DNA of 64,000 nucleotides from Octopus sinensis (taxonomy: Eukaryota). The position numbers were made by a program, and so were the translations under genes. Location of the stretch: contig NC_042998.1 of NCBI RefSeq assembly GCF_006345805.1, forward strand, positions 27,218,001 to 27,282,000, in the 5' to 3' direction. Positions 1-12,400 of this stretch are shown piece after piece; the first letter of the stretch is position 1; the number at the start of each line of letters is the position of its first letter. The notes beneath the pieces are model-generated. The model ran no database searches. It had not been told where the DNA came from and worked only from the letters and a program-made list of their open reading frames with translations.

Positions 1-182
1 CAAGGACAACCCAACAAATTAAGTCCATTATATCGACCCCAGTGCGTAACTGGTACTTAATTTATCGACCCCGAAAGGATGAAAGGCAAAGTCGACCTCA
101 GCGGAATTTGAACTCAGAACATAACGGCAGATGAAATATGGCTATGCATTTCGCCCGGTGTGCTAACGATTCTGCCAGCTCG
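1..182 (-). mobile_element. tRNA-headed SINE family A (Meta/MESC-like core), cut by the window edge
   Basis: Reverse complement of the family consensus GAGCTGGCAGAA..GAGTTCAAATTCC..GCCTTTCATCCTTTCGGGGTCGATAAATTAAGTACCAG. Confidence 0.85.
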
Positions 183-1139
183 AAGCAACAGTAAAGTATA
201 TAAGAGCATAAAAATTTATCAAAGGTAAATTTTATTTAATACTTAATATCAATAAGGATTTTTATGATCAACCAGATAAATTCTCGTCTAAAATGAGCAT
301 TTGAAATTTATCCATTTGATTAAAACATCAGGATGGATATCAGTTGATTATTCTGAGTAATCACATTACTGCTTTATAATATTCATGAAGACTAGCAAAC
401 AAATTTAATTATAATTATGTTATAAAAGGATATGCTGATAACCTCAAATGACAGAAATATATGAAAGGTTTCCCAATTGCATGTGATTGCAAATTGCAAT
501 AAACAATATAATTATTTCTAAAAGCTGGAAAAATTGTTTTTCTTTTTGTAAAAATAAAAATTTCAAATGGCTAAAGGATTTATTTGTATATGAAAGTTAA
601 AGTCACAATTTTAGATGTCCCAGAACTTTGAAACTTACACAGGAAATAATTTAGAATGAATGATAATTGCTGAGAGCATGGCCTGTAAAGCAAGGTCATA
701 CTTAGATGCTTAGAAGTTAACATAAAAGGTGATATAATATAACTAGAAGTTTATAGACACCATTGTATTTTGAACTTTGGACAGGCTACTTTTGGAATGT
801 ATTGTTCTCTGAGTATTTTTTAGTAGAACTAAATAAAAATTCTGTTTTTTTATAAAAAATAATTTAGTTCTTACTGTTATATGCAATATCAATATTATAT
901 ACGAACTCTGAAATATAGATTTTGTTCACAAAAACTACATTTTAAGATGGCTAACACTAAGATGACATAAAAAAATTTTAAGATTGGAAGCCATGCTATC
1001 TTTATACATAATATGTAGGAATTGAATTCAATCTTAGATATGTTTAACCTTATTCTTTATTCAATCTTATTATAAATACTGAGTGCTTACTTGAAATTTG
1101 CCAGGATTTTAAAATTCTCATTTTTTTTGCTGTCTTGGC

Positions 1140-1400
1140 TGGCGTACGTGCTGGTGGCACATAAGAAGCACCAATTGATCGTGGCTGTTGCCAGCCTCCC
1201 CTGGCCCCTGTGCCGGTGGCACGTAAAAAGCACCCACTACACTCATGGAGTAGTTGGCATTAGGAAGGGCATCCAGCTGTAGAAACACTGCCAGATCAGA
1301 CTGGAGCCTGGTGCAGCCTCCTGGCTTCCTAGACCCCGGTCGAACTGTCCAACCCATGCTAGCATGGAAAATGGACGTTAAATGATGAGGATGATGATGA
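1140..1400 (+). mobile_element. RTE-type 3'UTR/(GAT)n-tailed element (family C)
   Basis: GGCACGTAAAAAGCACCCACTACACTC..GGCATTAGGAAGGGCATCCAGCTGTAGAAAC..GGACGTTAAATGATG. No tRNA head. Confidence 0.85.
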
Positions 1401-2042
1401 TATGTTGAACGTGAAAGCTGTTACCTGCTTCCAGAAATTTCTGGAAATAGTAGTCAATGTTTGCTAAGACACTCAATCTCTGTTAGAACAAAGCCATTGG
1501 TGGTTTAATGTCAACAGATTTTTGTTTACCTAAAGTATTCCTAAACTAGAAATAGTTTAGGTGAATGTTTTTGCTTTTAATTCTTATGTGAATTCTGAAT
1601 TTACACGATGTGATTTCTATAAATAGGATTTTACATGACAAATGAAATGTGAGCAATAAAGTTGGAAATCTTGGAAGCTAAAGCAGAACAAACTATGATT
1701 TGATGGGTAAATATGAACAACAGTAATCTAATCGTATGTGGGCTGGGAAAACATTTCCTGCAAGTAGGAGACAAGGATAATAATTTGAATGCTGAAGCAA
1801 TGAATGATTCAGGATAAATTAACGTAATTACCAACTGCAAGGTAATTATGTAGTTGGTAATTATGTAGTTTTAAGTCAAGAAGGCACAAAATTAAAATAG
1901 TTAAAAGTGACCTGAAAGAGTCACATTACATGCAATAAACTGCAGATCTGCAATTCAAAGGATATAAGAAGATGCTAACAAGAAAAAAAATACTTCATCA
2001 TAACCTCTTAAATTATATTCTTCTTGTAAGGCGGCAATGAAA

Positions 2043-2444
2043 TCTTTATATATAAAGCTGAAGTTGTCTGTGTGTGTGTGTGGCAGATTTGGTAGCCTTC
2101 AACTAACACTATCTCCTCCGACACTCTGTGGCACAAGTTGACCAAAATTGAGAGTATGATAGAAGAAGGCTAGCTCTTCCTTCCGTAGAAGAAAAAATTC
2201 AAATCGGACCATGTTAACACCAAAAATTATTTACATCAAAAAGGTGCTTTTTTTCTATGAAAATCACTATTTTTTATGATTTTTTGACTGCTGTGTCGCC
2301 ATTTTTCGGTGTATTTCAACCAGAAAAATGTTCACTTAAAGAGAATAACAAGCTACATAATTCAAAATTTTTACTTTTCAAAAATTCCAATTCTAAAGGG
2401 TTGAAAAGAAAATAAACCTGAGCAACGCCAGGCTATACTGCTAG
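2043..2444 (+). mobile_element. Non-autonomous Helitron, copy 1
   Basis: Inserted A|T, starts TCTTTATATATAAAGCTG, ends with hairpin CCTGAGCAACGCCAGG plus CTAG. No TSD. Four copies in the window. Confidence 0.85.
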
Positions 2445-2740
2445 TAAAAGATATTGTAGAAGGAACTTTCCCAAAGTGCCATACAAACTAAATCTGTATG
2501 GTTGAGAAAAGAACGTCTTAACCACACATCTATGTTTATCCCTACACACATGCATAGAAATACACTAAGAAGTTTCCATACAGTTTCCATCAACCAAACT
2601 TCACTCACAAGGCTTTGGTCAAACTGAGGCTATTGTAAAACTTACTTTCCCAAGGTGTCACTAGTTGTATCAAACTTGGATCCCTGTGACTGTGAAGCAA
2701 ACTTATTAATTGCACAGACGTATTTATTTATCAATAAATA

Positions 2741-3135
2741 CGGTGAGCTGGGCAGAAACGTTAGCATGCCGGATAAAATTCTTAGCAGTATTTCATCTGT
2801 CTTTACATATTGAGTTCAAATTCCACCGAGGTCAACTTTGCCTTTCATCCTTTCAGGGTTGATAAATTAAGTACCAGTTACACACTGGGGTCAATGTAAA
2901 TGACTTAATACCTTCGTCTGTCCTTGCTTGTCCCGTCTGTGTTTAGCCCCTTGTGAGCAATAAAGAAATAAGTATTTCGTCTGTCTTTACATTCTGAGTT
3001 CAAATTCCGCTGATGTCAACTTTGCCTTTCATTCTTTTGGGTCAATAAATTGTGTACTGGGGTTGATCTAATCGACTGGCCCCTTCCCTATCCAAAAATT
3101 TCAAGCGTTGTACCTAAAGTAGAAAAGATTATATT
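2741..3135 (+). mobile_element. SINE family A, full copy plus adjacent 5'-truncated copy
   Basis: A/B-box head, core and AATAAAGAAATA end at about 2971, then a second partial copy. Confidence 0.85.
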
Positions 3136-3177
3136 CTTCTTCTCTGTTAACAGAAGCAAACATGACAATGAAGAAAT

Positions 3178-3368
3178 CATCATCACGATCATCATCATCA
3201 TCATCATTTAACGTCCACTTTCCATGCTAGCATGGGTTGGACGATTTGACTGAGGACTGGCGAACCAGATGGCTGCACCAGGCTCCAATCTGATCTGGCA
3301 GAGTTTTTACAGCTGGATGGCCTTCCTAATACCAACCACTCCGAGACTGTAGTGGGTGCTTTTACGTG
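3178..3368 (-). mobile_element. Family C, 5'-truncated
   Basis: (CAT)n followed by TTTAACGTCCACTTTCCATGCTAGC. Confidence 0.85.
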
Positions 3369-3988
3369 CAAAAAAAAAAAAAGGATTAGCATGCCCCAGA
3401 AAGCATAGTAGTCAATTCTAGAAATTCAAGAGAGTTTAGAAAAAAAGTTAGATACCTGCAAAATTATTAAATAGAAAGCAAAGAAGAGAGGTAAAATTTT
3501 TAGTAATAACATCAAATATAAAGATTGTTATTTTAAAGTATTAGCACTAAAGCTCAAAAGAAGTGACAAATTGAATATTAAATAAGTAGTGAAAATAAAA
3601 ATCAGAAACAGTTGAGTCAATATACATTAGCAAATGAAACTAAATGCTAGATGTAATCTGGTGAGCAGTAATCACTAAAGTTAATATGAAAAGAGTTTGG
3701 GAAAGTGATAGTATTGAAATATATTAGAAATCCTGCTAATTGTAGTGGCAGTAGCCTGCAGTGCTATTTGCCACAATATTTACTTGAGATTATCTCTTTG
3801 TAAATGCTGATTTGGCAGAAAGGATTTATCGATAAATACGTCTGTGCAATTAATAAGTTTGTTTCACGGTCACAGGGATCCAAATTTGATACAACGAGTG
3901 ACACCTTGAGCAAGTGAGTTTTACAATAGCTTAAGTTTGACCAAAGCCTTGTGAGTGAAGTTTAGTTGATGGAAACTTTGTGTATTTC

Positions 3989-4625
3989 TCATCATCATCA
4001 TTGTTCGACCGTGGTCGAGACAATAGAATTTACTATGTTACACCAGACTTCACAGTCCATCATAGCATTACAGAAGTCTTGTTGCTGGATACCTGTATCC
4101 CCAGAGATTACATCAGAGTAGAAGACTGTGCGCCCTCTGGTATTGCGAGCAGATGGCTTCCAGCGGAGAAGAGCAGAAATTACCTCGTTTTCAGCTCTAC
4201 AACAATGTTTAGCAAACTGGACTCTTCTACCTTTCACAAGAGATGAAACAGGTGGTAGTTTCCCATATATTTTTACTTTGGTTGGATGACGCTTCCACGA
4301 GAGATTTTGAGCTCTCATAAGGAGGCGAGTGTAAGTTCCATCCAACCGCCTCTCAAGCTTCTTTGATAACGTCCAGGTTTCTGAGCCATATAGCAGAATG
4401 GGTTCAACTGTGGCTTTGAAGATTTTAAGTTTGAAATCTCTACTTAGATTTGATGACCAGATCTTATGTATATCATTACAGGCTGACCCTTTCTGGTTAG
4501 AAAATCTTTTTCAGATGATGATATGTATGACCCAAGGTATTTGTAATCAGAAACCATATTTAAGAGCATGTGTAGGGATAAACATGGTTGTGTGGTTAAG
4601 ACATTATTTTCACAACCATACAGAT
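3989..4625 (-). mobile_element. RTE-clade LINE, 3' end of ORF2 plus (GAT)n tail
   Basis: VSDYKYLGSYISSSEKDF.. and DGTYTRLLMRAQNLSWKRHPT..IYGKLPPVSSLVKGRRVQFAKHC.. are typical of the RTE RT C-terminus. ORF ends in a TGATGATGA tail at about 3989-4000. Confidence 0.85.
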
Positions 4626-4674
4626 TTAGTTTGTATGGCACTTTGGGCCATACAGTATCTTTTATTTCATCTTT

Positions 4675-5105
4675 TATCTTTTACTTGTTTCAGTTATTAG
4701 ACTACGGCCATGCTAGGGCACTGTCTTGAAGGATTTTAGTCAAACATATCGACTCCGGTACTTATCTTTTTGAGCCTAGAACTTATTCTTTTGGTCAATT
4801 TTGCCAAACAACTAAGTTATTGGGACATATACACACCAACACTGGTTGTGAAGCTGTGGTGGGGGAGAAACACAGACACAAAGACACACACACACACGCG
4901 CACACACACACGCGTACACACACACACACAACAAGCTTCTTTCAGTTTCTGTCTACCAAATCCACTCACAAGGCTTTGGTCAGCCCAAGGTTATAGTAGA
5001 AGACACTTGTCCAAGGTGCCACACACAAACACACACATCCACACACAGACACACAAACACAAAAGTGTGTGCACTCACGCATACACACACATATACACAC
5101 ACATG

Positions 5106-5139
<34 letters not shown>

Positions 5140-5305
5140 ACACACATACAATGGGCTTTTTTCAGTTTCCATCTACCTAATCCACTCACAAGGCTTTGGT
5201 CAGCCCAAGGTTATAGTAGAATACACTTGCCCAAGGTTGTCACACAGTGGGATTGAACTCAGAACCATGTGGTTAGGAAGCAGACTGCTTGCCTCACAGC
5301 CACAC
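4675..5305 (-). mobile_element. tRNA-headed SINE family B (internal (TA)/(TG) microsatellite, GTAAAAGA tail), with a duplicated 5' segment
   Basis: Family B consensus. Segment about 4937-5030 is repeated at about 5158-5250 across (CA)n. Confidence 0.8.
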
Positions 5306-5340
5306 CTGTGCCCAAGTTTGACCAATATCATGTGAGTAAT

Positions 5341-5568
5341 AAGGCGGCAAGCTGGCAGAAACGTTAGCACGCTGGGCAAAATGCTTAGCGATATTTCATC
5401 TGCTATTTCATTCAAATTCCACTGAGGTCAAATTTGCCTTTCATCCTTTTGGGGTCAAATAAATAAGTACCAGTTATGCACTGGGGTTGATGTAATCGAT
5501 TTATTCCTTTGTCTGTCCTTGTTTGTCCCCTCTATGTTTAGCCCCCTGTTAGCAATAACGAAATAAAT
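5341..5568 (+). mobile_element. SINE family A
   Basis: Full-length match to the other copies. Confidence 0.85.
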
Positions 5569-6902
5569 ATCATGAGTGAAATTTGGCAAACAGGAACTAT
5601 ATGACAGCTTGTCTGTGTGTGTTTCTTTACTTTTAAAAAAATTTGTTTCTGTGATACATGATCCCTTTTGAACGATTTCTTTTTTTTTTTTTCCAATCCC
5701 TTTTGATCGGAATTTTACATTTGTTTCCTTTCTTGTTCCTCTTTTCTTTTTCCTTCTTCGAAAAGAAAAGCTCTACATTTGTACTTGTCCCCTCTGTATT
5801 CAGCCCTGTGTGGGCCAATGAAGAAAGTTATCTCTGCCTGTCTTTGTATTGACACTACTTGGGCTGTGGTGATATGTCCCCACAAAAATCCAGCAGCCAG
5901 TGGTTAGATGTATGAAGAGATGATATAAAGTACCTTGCTTAAAAACAAGTACAAGTTGACATTTAACTTTAGAACAATTTTCACAACCCATACCAGCATG
6001 GAAAAAAACATACATAAAAACCTTGAGGACAAACACTTGGGAGTGTCAGTAAGAGATTGCAAAACCAGTGCATCAAACAAAATTTTTTTTTTACTGTACT
6101 AGTAACATCTCTTTACATCCAAATCATATTTGCCAATTGTCCTTCATAAGATCAATAAAATATGCTTGAAAAAATCCTGGGGTTGATATAACCAACTAAA
6201 ACCCGTAAAAATTCTATCTCAGTATGGCAGCAGTCCATTGACTAGAGCTAATAAAAGTATACATTTTTTTTTGTGACAAAATTATTAACATGTAGCTTGT
6301 TGACAAACAAGTTAAGAGATGTTCAATGAACAAACATGTGGCACGTGAACGAGCTAATAAATCCTCTATGTTAAATACCATAGGAAAGACGAAAACACCA
6401 CACATATTAAATAGATTTTATGGTGCCTTTGAATATTGACATTTAATGTTTTTCACGTAATATTTCAGTGTTACTTTTTACTGTCAACCCCTGAGTTTTA
6501 CAGGTTTGGAATTTTTCCTTTTTTTTCTTTTTTATTCTTTTTTTTTCCCACTTCTTCAAAATTACATCTAAATAATAACAGCTTAAAAGCAATATCATTA
6601 TGTAACTGGAAGAACCAAACAGGGAAGATGGGTTTTGAATCCATAAATTCTACTTAAGGTTAGTCAAGTTGCTAATTCTGACCTTTTAGGTAAGTTTAGA
6701 AATTCAGAATAGCTTTTGTTCTACAAGTAAACAGGAGAAATGGTCCAGTTTTAAAAATATATATGCTTTTTTATGCCTTATTTTCTATTTATTTTACACT
6801 AACCAAAATGCTTAGTGGCATTTCATCTGTCTTTGTGTTCTAAGTTCAAATTCTACCAAAATCAACTTTGTCTTTCATCCTTTCAGGGTTAATTAGATAA
6901 GT

Positions 6903-7103
6903 CGCCATGATAGATCGTTAGCCACTACACACATTTTTTTCTCTCCTTGTTTCTCTCCTTGTTTATTTTCTGTGTCCCTTTCTGTAGAAGAGCATAGGCT
7001 CGAAACGTAAACGACTTTTTCTATTCCTGAGCATTATACTAATACATCTGTTTGTTTTGTACACCACCTGTCTTTGTCTTTTGTTTTTTTCGTAAACTCT
7101 CCC
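6903..7103 (+). mobile_element. Penelope/retrozyme-like 201-bp unit with a hammerhead-like motif
   Basis: Flanked by a 14-bp direct repeat TTAATTAGATAAGT (6889-6902, 7104-7117) inside a SINE. Contains CTGTAGA-A-GAGC-ATAG-GCTC-GAAAC-GTA. Confidence 0.65.
6974..7015 (+). ncRNA. Minimal type I hammerhead ribozyme-like motif (A6U core variant)
   Basis: GUC-CC-UUU-CUGUAGA-A-GAGC(AUAG)GCUC-GAAAC-GUA-AAC-GAC: perfect stem II and a GUA cleavage triplet. Confidence 0.5.
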
Positions 7104-7243
7104 TTAATTAGATAAGTACCAGTTGAACACTGGGGTTGATGTAATTGACTCATTTCCTCTTCCAAAATTTCAGACCTTGAGCCAATAATAGAAAAAAAAA
7201 TTATTATTTTTTTATTGCATGATGCTGCATTGAATTAGGAAGC

Positions 7244-7720
7244 ATGGCTGTGTGGTTAAGAAACTTGCTTCCCAACCACGTGGTTCTGGGTTCAGTCCTG
7301 CAGTGTGGAACTTTAGGCAAGTGTCTTCTAGTATAGCTTCAGGCTGTCCAAAGCCTTTCGCGCATGGTTCAGTCCCACTTTGTGTCACCTTGGGCAAGTG
7401 ACTTCTGTTATAGCCTGGGGCTTTGTGAGTGGATGTGGTAGATGGAACCTGAAAGAAACTCACCTGTCATATATATATATACATATATATATATATTAAT
7501 ATATTTATGCATGGTGTCTGTGTGTCTTTGACAACAGGTGCTAGTGTGTTAACATCCCTGTAACTTAGTAGTTTGGCAAAAGAGACTGATAGAATAAGTA
7601 CAAGGCTAAAAAATAAATAAATGAATGAATGTATAAGTACAGGGGTCAATTTATTTGACTAAAAATTCAAGGCATTGCCCAAGCATGGCTGCAGTCTAAT
7701 GATTGAAACAAGTAAAAGAG
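7244..7720 (+). mobile_element. SINE family B
   Basis: Head TGGCTGTGTGG..GGTTCAGTCC; ends AAACAAGTAAAAGAG. Confidence 0.85.
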
Positions 7721-8466
7721 ATAAATAAAAAAAAATTCTTCAAGTCAAAAATATTTTTATATATATTTTGTTCTGCTAATGATCTGGTTCCATATTTTTG
7801 ACTAAACCGATCTATTTATTGCATGTATCTGTTACATAAACATTTAGCGTGTATCCTTTGTACTGTCATATGAAAATGTATAATCTAATCTTTGAAATTA
7901 TCAAGTATCATCTGTTTAATTATAACAATTTGAACCAAATATCTATAAGATAGATTTTTCTTATTATTACTGTATATAAAAGAGAGTATAAAAATAGATA
8001 TCCTCAATAAACACTTTTATAAATATCATTGAATTAAGGGCTAGACGTGTATCTGTCAATATGCCAATTCCGAGTTTTCATTAATTTGCTATTTAACTAT
8101 CTCTGAAGATGTTTATCTTGTCACAGTTCACTTCAGCACTTATAGGATATTCAAATTTCTCACCAAAAATTGATTTTCAGCTCAATCAGACCATTCAAAA
8201 ATAATTGGATGTATTATTTTATTTTCAAAATTCGTATTTCACTGCTTTGTGTTGTTAAATGAATGTAATCACATATATATATTTGGAATTAAGAAACAAC
8301 AGGTTTCCAGAAGCTTTCCCTTGTGGCACATGGAGTTAATACTAACACACACACACACATGAAATTAGGCACACAAATATAATTATTCATAGACACACAC
8401 ACACACATATATATATTGTGTGTGTGTGTGTGTGTGTGTGTGTTTGTGTATATATATACATATATA

Positions 8467-8700
8467 TCATCATCATCATCATCATCGTTTAACGTCCGTT
8501 CTCCATGCTAGCATGGGTTGGACGGTTCGACCGGGGTTCTGGGAAGCCAGAAGGCTGCACCAGGCTCCAGTCTTATCTGGCAATGTTTCTACAGCTGGAT
8601 ACCCTTCCTAACGCCAACCACTCCGTGAGTGTAGTGGGTGCTTTTTACGTGCCACCTGCACAGGTGCCAGGCGAGGCTGGCAACGGCCACGGTCGGATTG

Positions 8701-8703
<3 letters not shown>
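8467..8703 (-). mobile_element. Family C
   Basis: Young reverse copy. Confidence 0.88.
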
Positions 8704-8742
<39 letters not shown>

Positions 8743-8745
<3 letters not shown>

Positions 8746-8990
8746 TTTTATCTTTTATTTGTTTTAGTCATTAGACTGTGGCCATGCTGGGGCAGCACCC
8801 TGAAGAATCAATTAGTACTGGGGTCAAATGAATTGACCCCAGTACTTATTTTTTTGTCAAGTGGTGGTGGGGGGACAAAGACAGATGCACACACACACAC
8901 ACAAGTGCTTGCACAAACACATACACACATACGCTCACATAATATATATGTATGTATTACATACAAATATATATATAATATATATATATA

Positions 8991-9035
<45 letters not shown>

Positions 9036-9232
9036 ATAATATATATATATTATATATATATTTATATATATATATATTTGTATATAGATAGATAGATAGA
9101 TACGATGGGTTTCTTTTAGCTTCTGTCTGCCAAATCCACTCACAAGAATTTGGTCGGTCCAAGGCTATAGTACAAGACACCCACATAAGGTGCCATGCAG
9201 AGGAACCAAACCTGGAACCATGTGGTTGGGAG
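8743..9232 (-). mobile_element. SINE family B with an expanded internal (AT)n
   Basis: 3' part at about 8743-8900, 5' part at about 9100-9232. Confidence 0.75.
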
Positions 9233-9239
9233 TTAAGAG

Positions 9240-10760
9240 TGTGTACAGCATCCACTTTTCCTTGCCATCATGTGTTAGACAAGACTTACTGGGACATCTT
9301 TTCTATAGCAGGATGTCCTTCCTGCAACAAACTCCCATATGAATCCAAGTTAAGTCCTTCTTCCTCTGCTCTTTTGGATGAGGAACAGCTGTGTGGCTTA
9401 ACAAGTTTTAGTAGCATTTGTCACATGTTATTTTTAAATATTTTCAAAGGAAAATGGTAAGTTCTTAAATCTGACATGATACCTATTTCTTTACTACCCA
9501 CAAGGGGCTAAACACAGAGGGGACCAACAAGGACAGACAAACGGATTAAGTCGATTACATCGACCCCAGTGCGTAACTGGTACTTAATTTATTGACCCCG
9601 AAAGGATGAAAGGCAAAGTTGACCTCGGCGGAATTTGAACTCAGAACGTAATGGCAGACGAAATATGGCTAAGCATTTTGCCCGGCGTGCTAACATTTCT
9701 GCTAGCTCTCCACCTTAAATGTGACATGATACCATTACTGAATAACCCTCAGATAATTCGAAAGCTTCCATAGATTTTTGACTCCTGGAGGAAATATAAT
9801 CAAGGAGCATCAGGTAAGAGAATCAACAACAATAATTCTATGTGATTGCCTGATGATGGCAATTGTGTAATGTAAAATGGCTCCAAAATAAAAGGATTTG
9901 CCATTTCCTTGCACTTTCTATGATAGACATAGATTCCTTTTCAAAAGGCAATGAATTTCATTCTGGGTGAGAAAGTTTTCTATGGAATTACTTGTAAAAT
10001 TGTTGTAAGAGAAATCTTAGCATTAACATACAATGAAACTTCAGGTAAGACAGGTAAGAGAGAGGCATTACCTATTCAAGTTTTAAGCAAATGAGTAGTA
10101 TCTAGATATCCACTTTTTGTTAGAGAAAAACTAGGATTTAGTAGAGGTTTTAATTCCTAGAAAGAAGGTATCTATTTATGGCAGTAATGAAACAAGCCCT
10201 ATAGCTGTTGTAGTGGATTAGCATTTCTAGGAATCAATCAAATGATTTCAATCTTGTCGAATCAGTTTACAGACAGTAATTTTCTATTTTGTGTCCTTGG
10301 TAACAAATGGATGTTTGGCAGAGAAGATCATTGCCATTCATTGTTCAGTGTAATGTTGAGGTTTCTTAGTAACTGGAATAAATTGAACCAAGTTCCCATC
10401 ATGTTCCTTAATAGTTTTTTTTTTCAATGACAATAGCATCATCTAAATGCACTTGAACTCTTTTGATATCATTGTCAGAAATTTTACCATCCATCACTCT
10501 TTGAAAAGCACTTATGGCATTAGTCTCATGGAAGGGTAACCTTATAAGCAAGAATAGGCATCCGTCAGCTTGAAATTCGGTATATTTCTTACCACCATTG
10601 TGGAATGGAATCATATAGCATGTTGCTTTTAGATCTTGTTTGCTGTAGAATTTATTGTAGGAAATAGAATGCATGAGATCTTCAGTATTAGAAAGTAGAC
10701 AGGCATCTAGAATGCATCAATAATTTACCTATTGTGGATTATTGATAAGAAAACATTGTA
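9240..10760 (-). mobile_element. Decayed Ty3/Gypsy LTR-retrotransposon pol (RT, RNase H, integrase Zn-finger start)
   Basis: Minus frames give DLKATCYMIP...TEFQADG..IRLPF..TNAISAFQRVMD...VHLDD (RT), GLFHYCHK*IPSF, FEKESMSIIESARKWQ..HFTL (RNase H) and QEGHPAIEKM...*WQG (integrase), with stops and frameshifts. Split by a SINE at 9484-9714. Confidence 0.85.
9484..9714 (-). mobile_element. SINE family A inserted in Gypsy pol
   Basis: Flanked by TTAAAT(C/G)TGACATGATACC direct repeats (9465-9483, 9715-9733). Confidence 0.9.
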
Positions 10761-11254
10761 ACACTTATCGCACATGTTCACTGCAAAAAGACTGAGGAAG
10801 GACTCAGCAATGGCATCCAAAAGATGAGTCATCACCATCATCACCATCATTTAATATCTGCTTTCTATGCTGGTATGGGTAGCATGGTTTGACAGGAGCC
10901 AACCAGGTAGAAGCCTGCATCAGACTTCTGCAACTGTTTTGGCAGGATTTTTACAGCTGGATGTCCTTCCTAACACCAACCATAGCGGAGTGGACTGAGT
11001 GCTTTTTATGTGGCACAAGCACAGGCCAGATCAGTCTTGGCAAGGTTTTTACTGCTGCATGCCCTTCTGAACACCAACCACTTTACAGTGTAGATTGGGT
11101 GCTTTTAAGTGGCACCTACACTAACAGGGTTACTAAGTACTTGCAAGACCTCTTCTAAAAAAAATCCATCAAGTGCTGAAAAGTAGTAAGATTTAAAAGC
11201 AGTTGGTTTCAATTTATTGTATAGGCACCCATACAGGTGGCCCATTAAATCACC

Positions 11255-11641
11255 TTTCAAGTGTTGAACCTCGTGGAGGCAAGGTGGTTGAGCTCCTTTC
11301 GAATGTTGGGCCTCACAGAGGCAATGACCAAGATCTTTTGGCATTATGTTGTCCTTGAGAAGAAGACCCATCAAGTCAAGCAAAATTGCAATTGTAGCAC
11401 ATACCAGTGTCACACAAATGGCACCCATGCCAGTGGCACATAAAGGCACCTTTCAAGCATTGGGTCTCACAGAGGCAATGACCGAGTCAATCTTTCAGAG
11501 TGGTTGGCATTAGGAAGGGCATCCAGCCATAGAAACCATGCCAAAACAGACTGGAGTTTGGTGCAGCCTTCTGGCTTGCCAGCCCTGGTCAAACCGTCCA
11601 ACCCATGCCAGCATGGACAATGGACGTTAAATGATGATGAA
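11255..11641 (+). mobile_element. RTE LINE 3' end (ORF2 C-terminal remnant, 3'UTR, (GAT)n tail)
   Basis: Encodes ..FRMLGLTEAMTKIFWHYVVLEKK.. and runs into the same 3' block (GGCATTAGGAAGGGCATCCAG...GGACGTTAAATGATGATG) that is scattered through the window. Confidence 0.65.
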
Positions 11642-12168
11642 GATGTCACAAAAAAAAAAAAGAAAATGAAGAAGGGTCACCAACAAAGGAAAAAATCAAG
11701 GAAAAGTGAGCGAAAATGATCTTAAAAGTTTCAATATAACAGTTACCTCTTTTAAGAAAAATATGTCTTGGAATTAAAAGTGGAACAATGTAATTTATAC
11801 AAGCCTTTAAATTTACAGTTTAAAAAAAAAAACATGAGTGAGAGAGTAAATAAATAATAAATTAATAAATTGATAATAAATAATATTATTTAAATAATAT
11901 TTAAATAATAATAAATTAATAACGAATTGTTTGTAATACTGAAAGCTAAAGAAATAATCTATTTAGTTTGAGTTGGCAAGTCTTGTGGTAATGTTGTAAT
12001 TGAGAGATGTGCTTGGATCCATACTCATCTATGAAACCGGCCGAACTACCCAAAGTGAGTAAAGTATTAATATATTTGTTAGCTATACATGTGCTGATAA
12101 CACCTTTTTTAATGAAATTGTCATTGGGAGTATCCATGGCAGAATTGTAGCTAAGGTAATCTGCAATA

Positions 12169-12400
12169 AAGGCGGTGAGCTGGCAGAATCGTTAGCATGC
12201 AGGGTGAAATGCATAGCCATATTTCGTCTGTCGTTACCTTCTGAGTTCAAATTCCGCTGAGGTCAACTTTGCCTTTCATCCTTTCGGGGTCGATAAATTA
12301 AGTACCAGTTACGCACTGGGCTCGATGTAATCGACTTAATACCTATGTCTGTCCTTGTTTGTCCCCTCTATGTTTAGCCCCTTGTGGGTAATAAAGAAAT
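12169..12400 (+). mobile_element. SINE family A
   Basis: 15-bp TSD AGGTAATCTGCAATA (12154-12168, 12401-12415). Confidence 0.92.

Larger units (their letters stand above)
6805..7190 (+). mobile_element. SINE family A, split by the 6903-7103 insertion
   Basis: Core resumes after the duplicated target. Confidence 0.75.
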
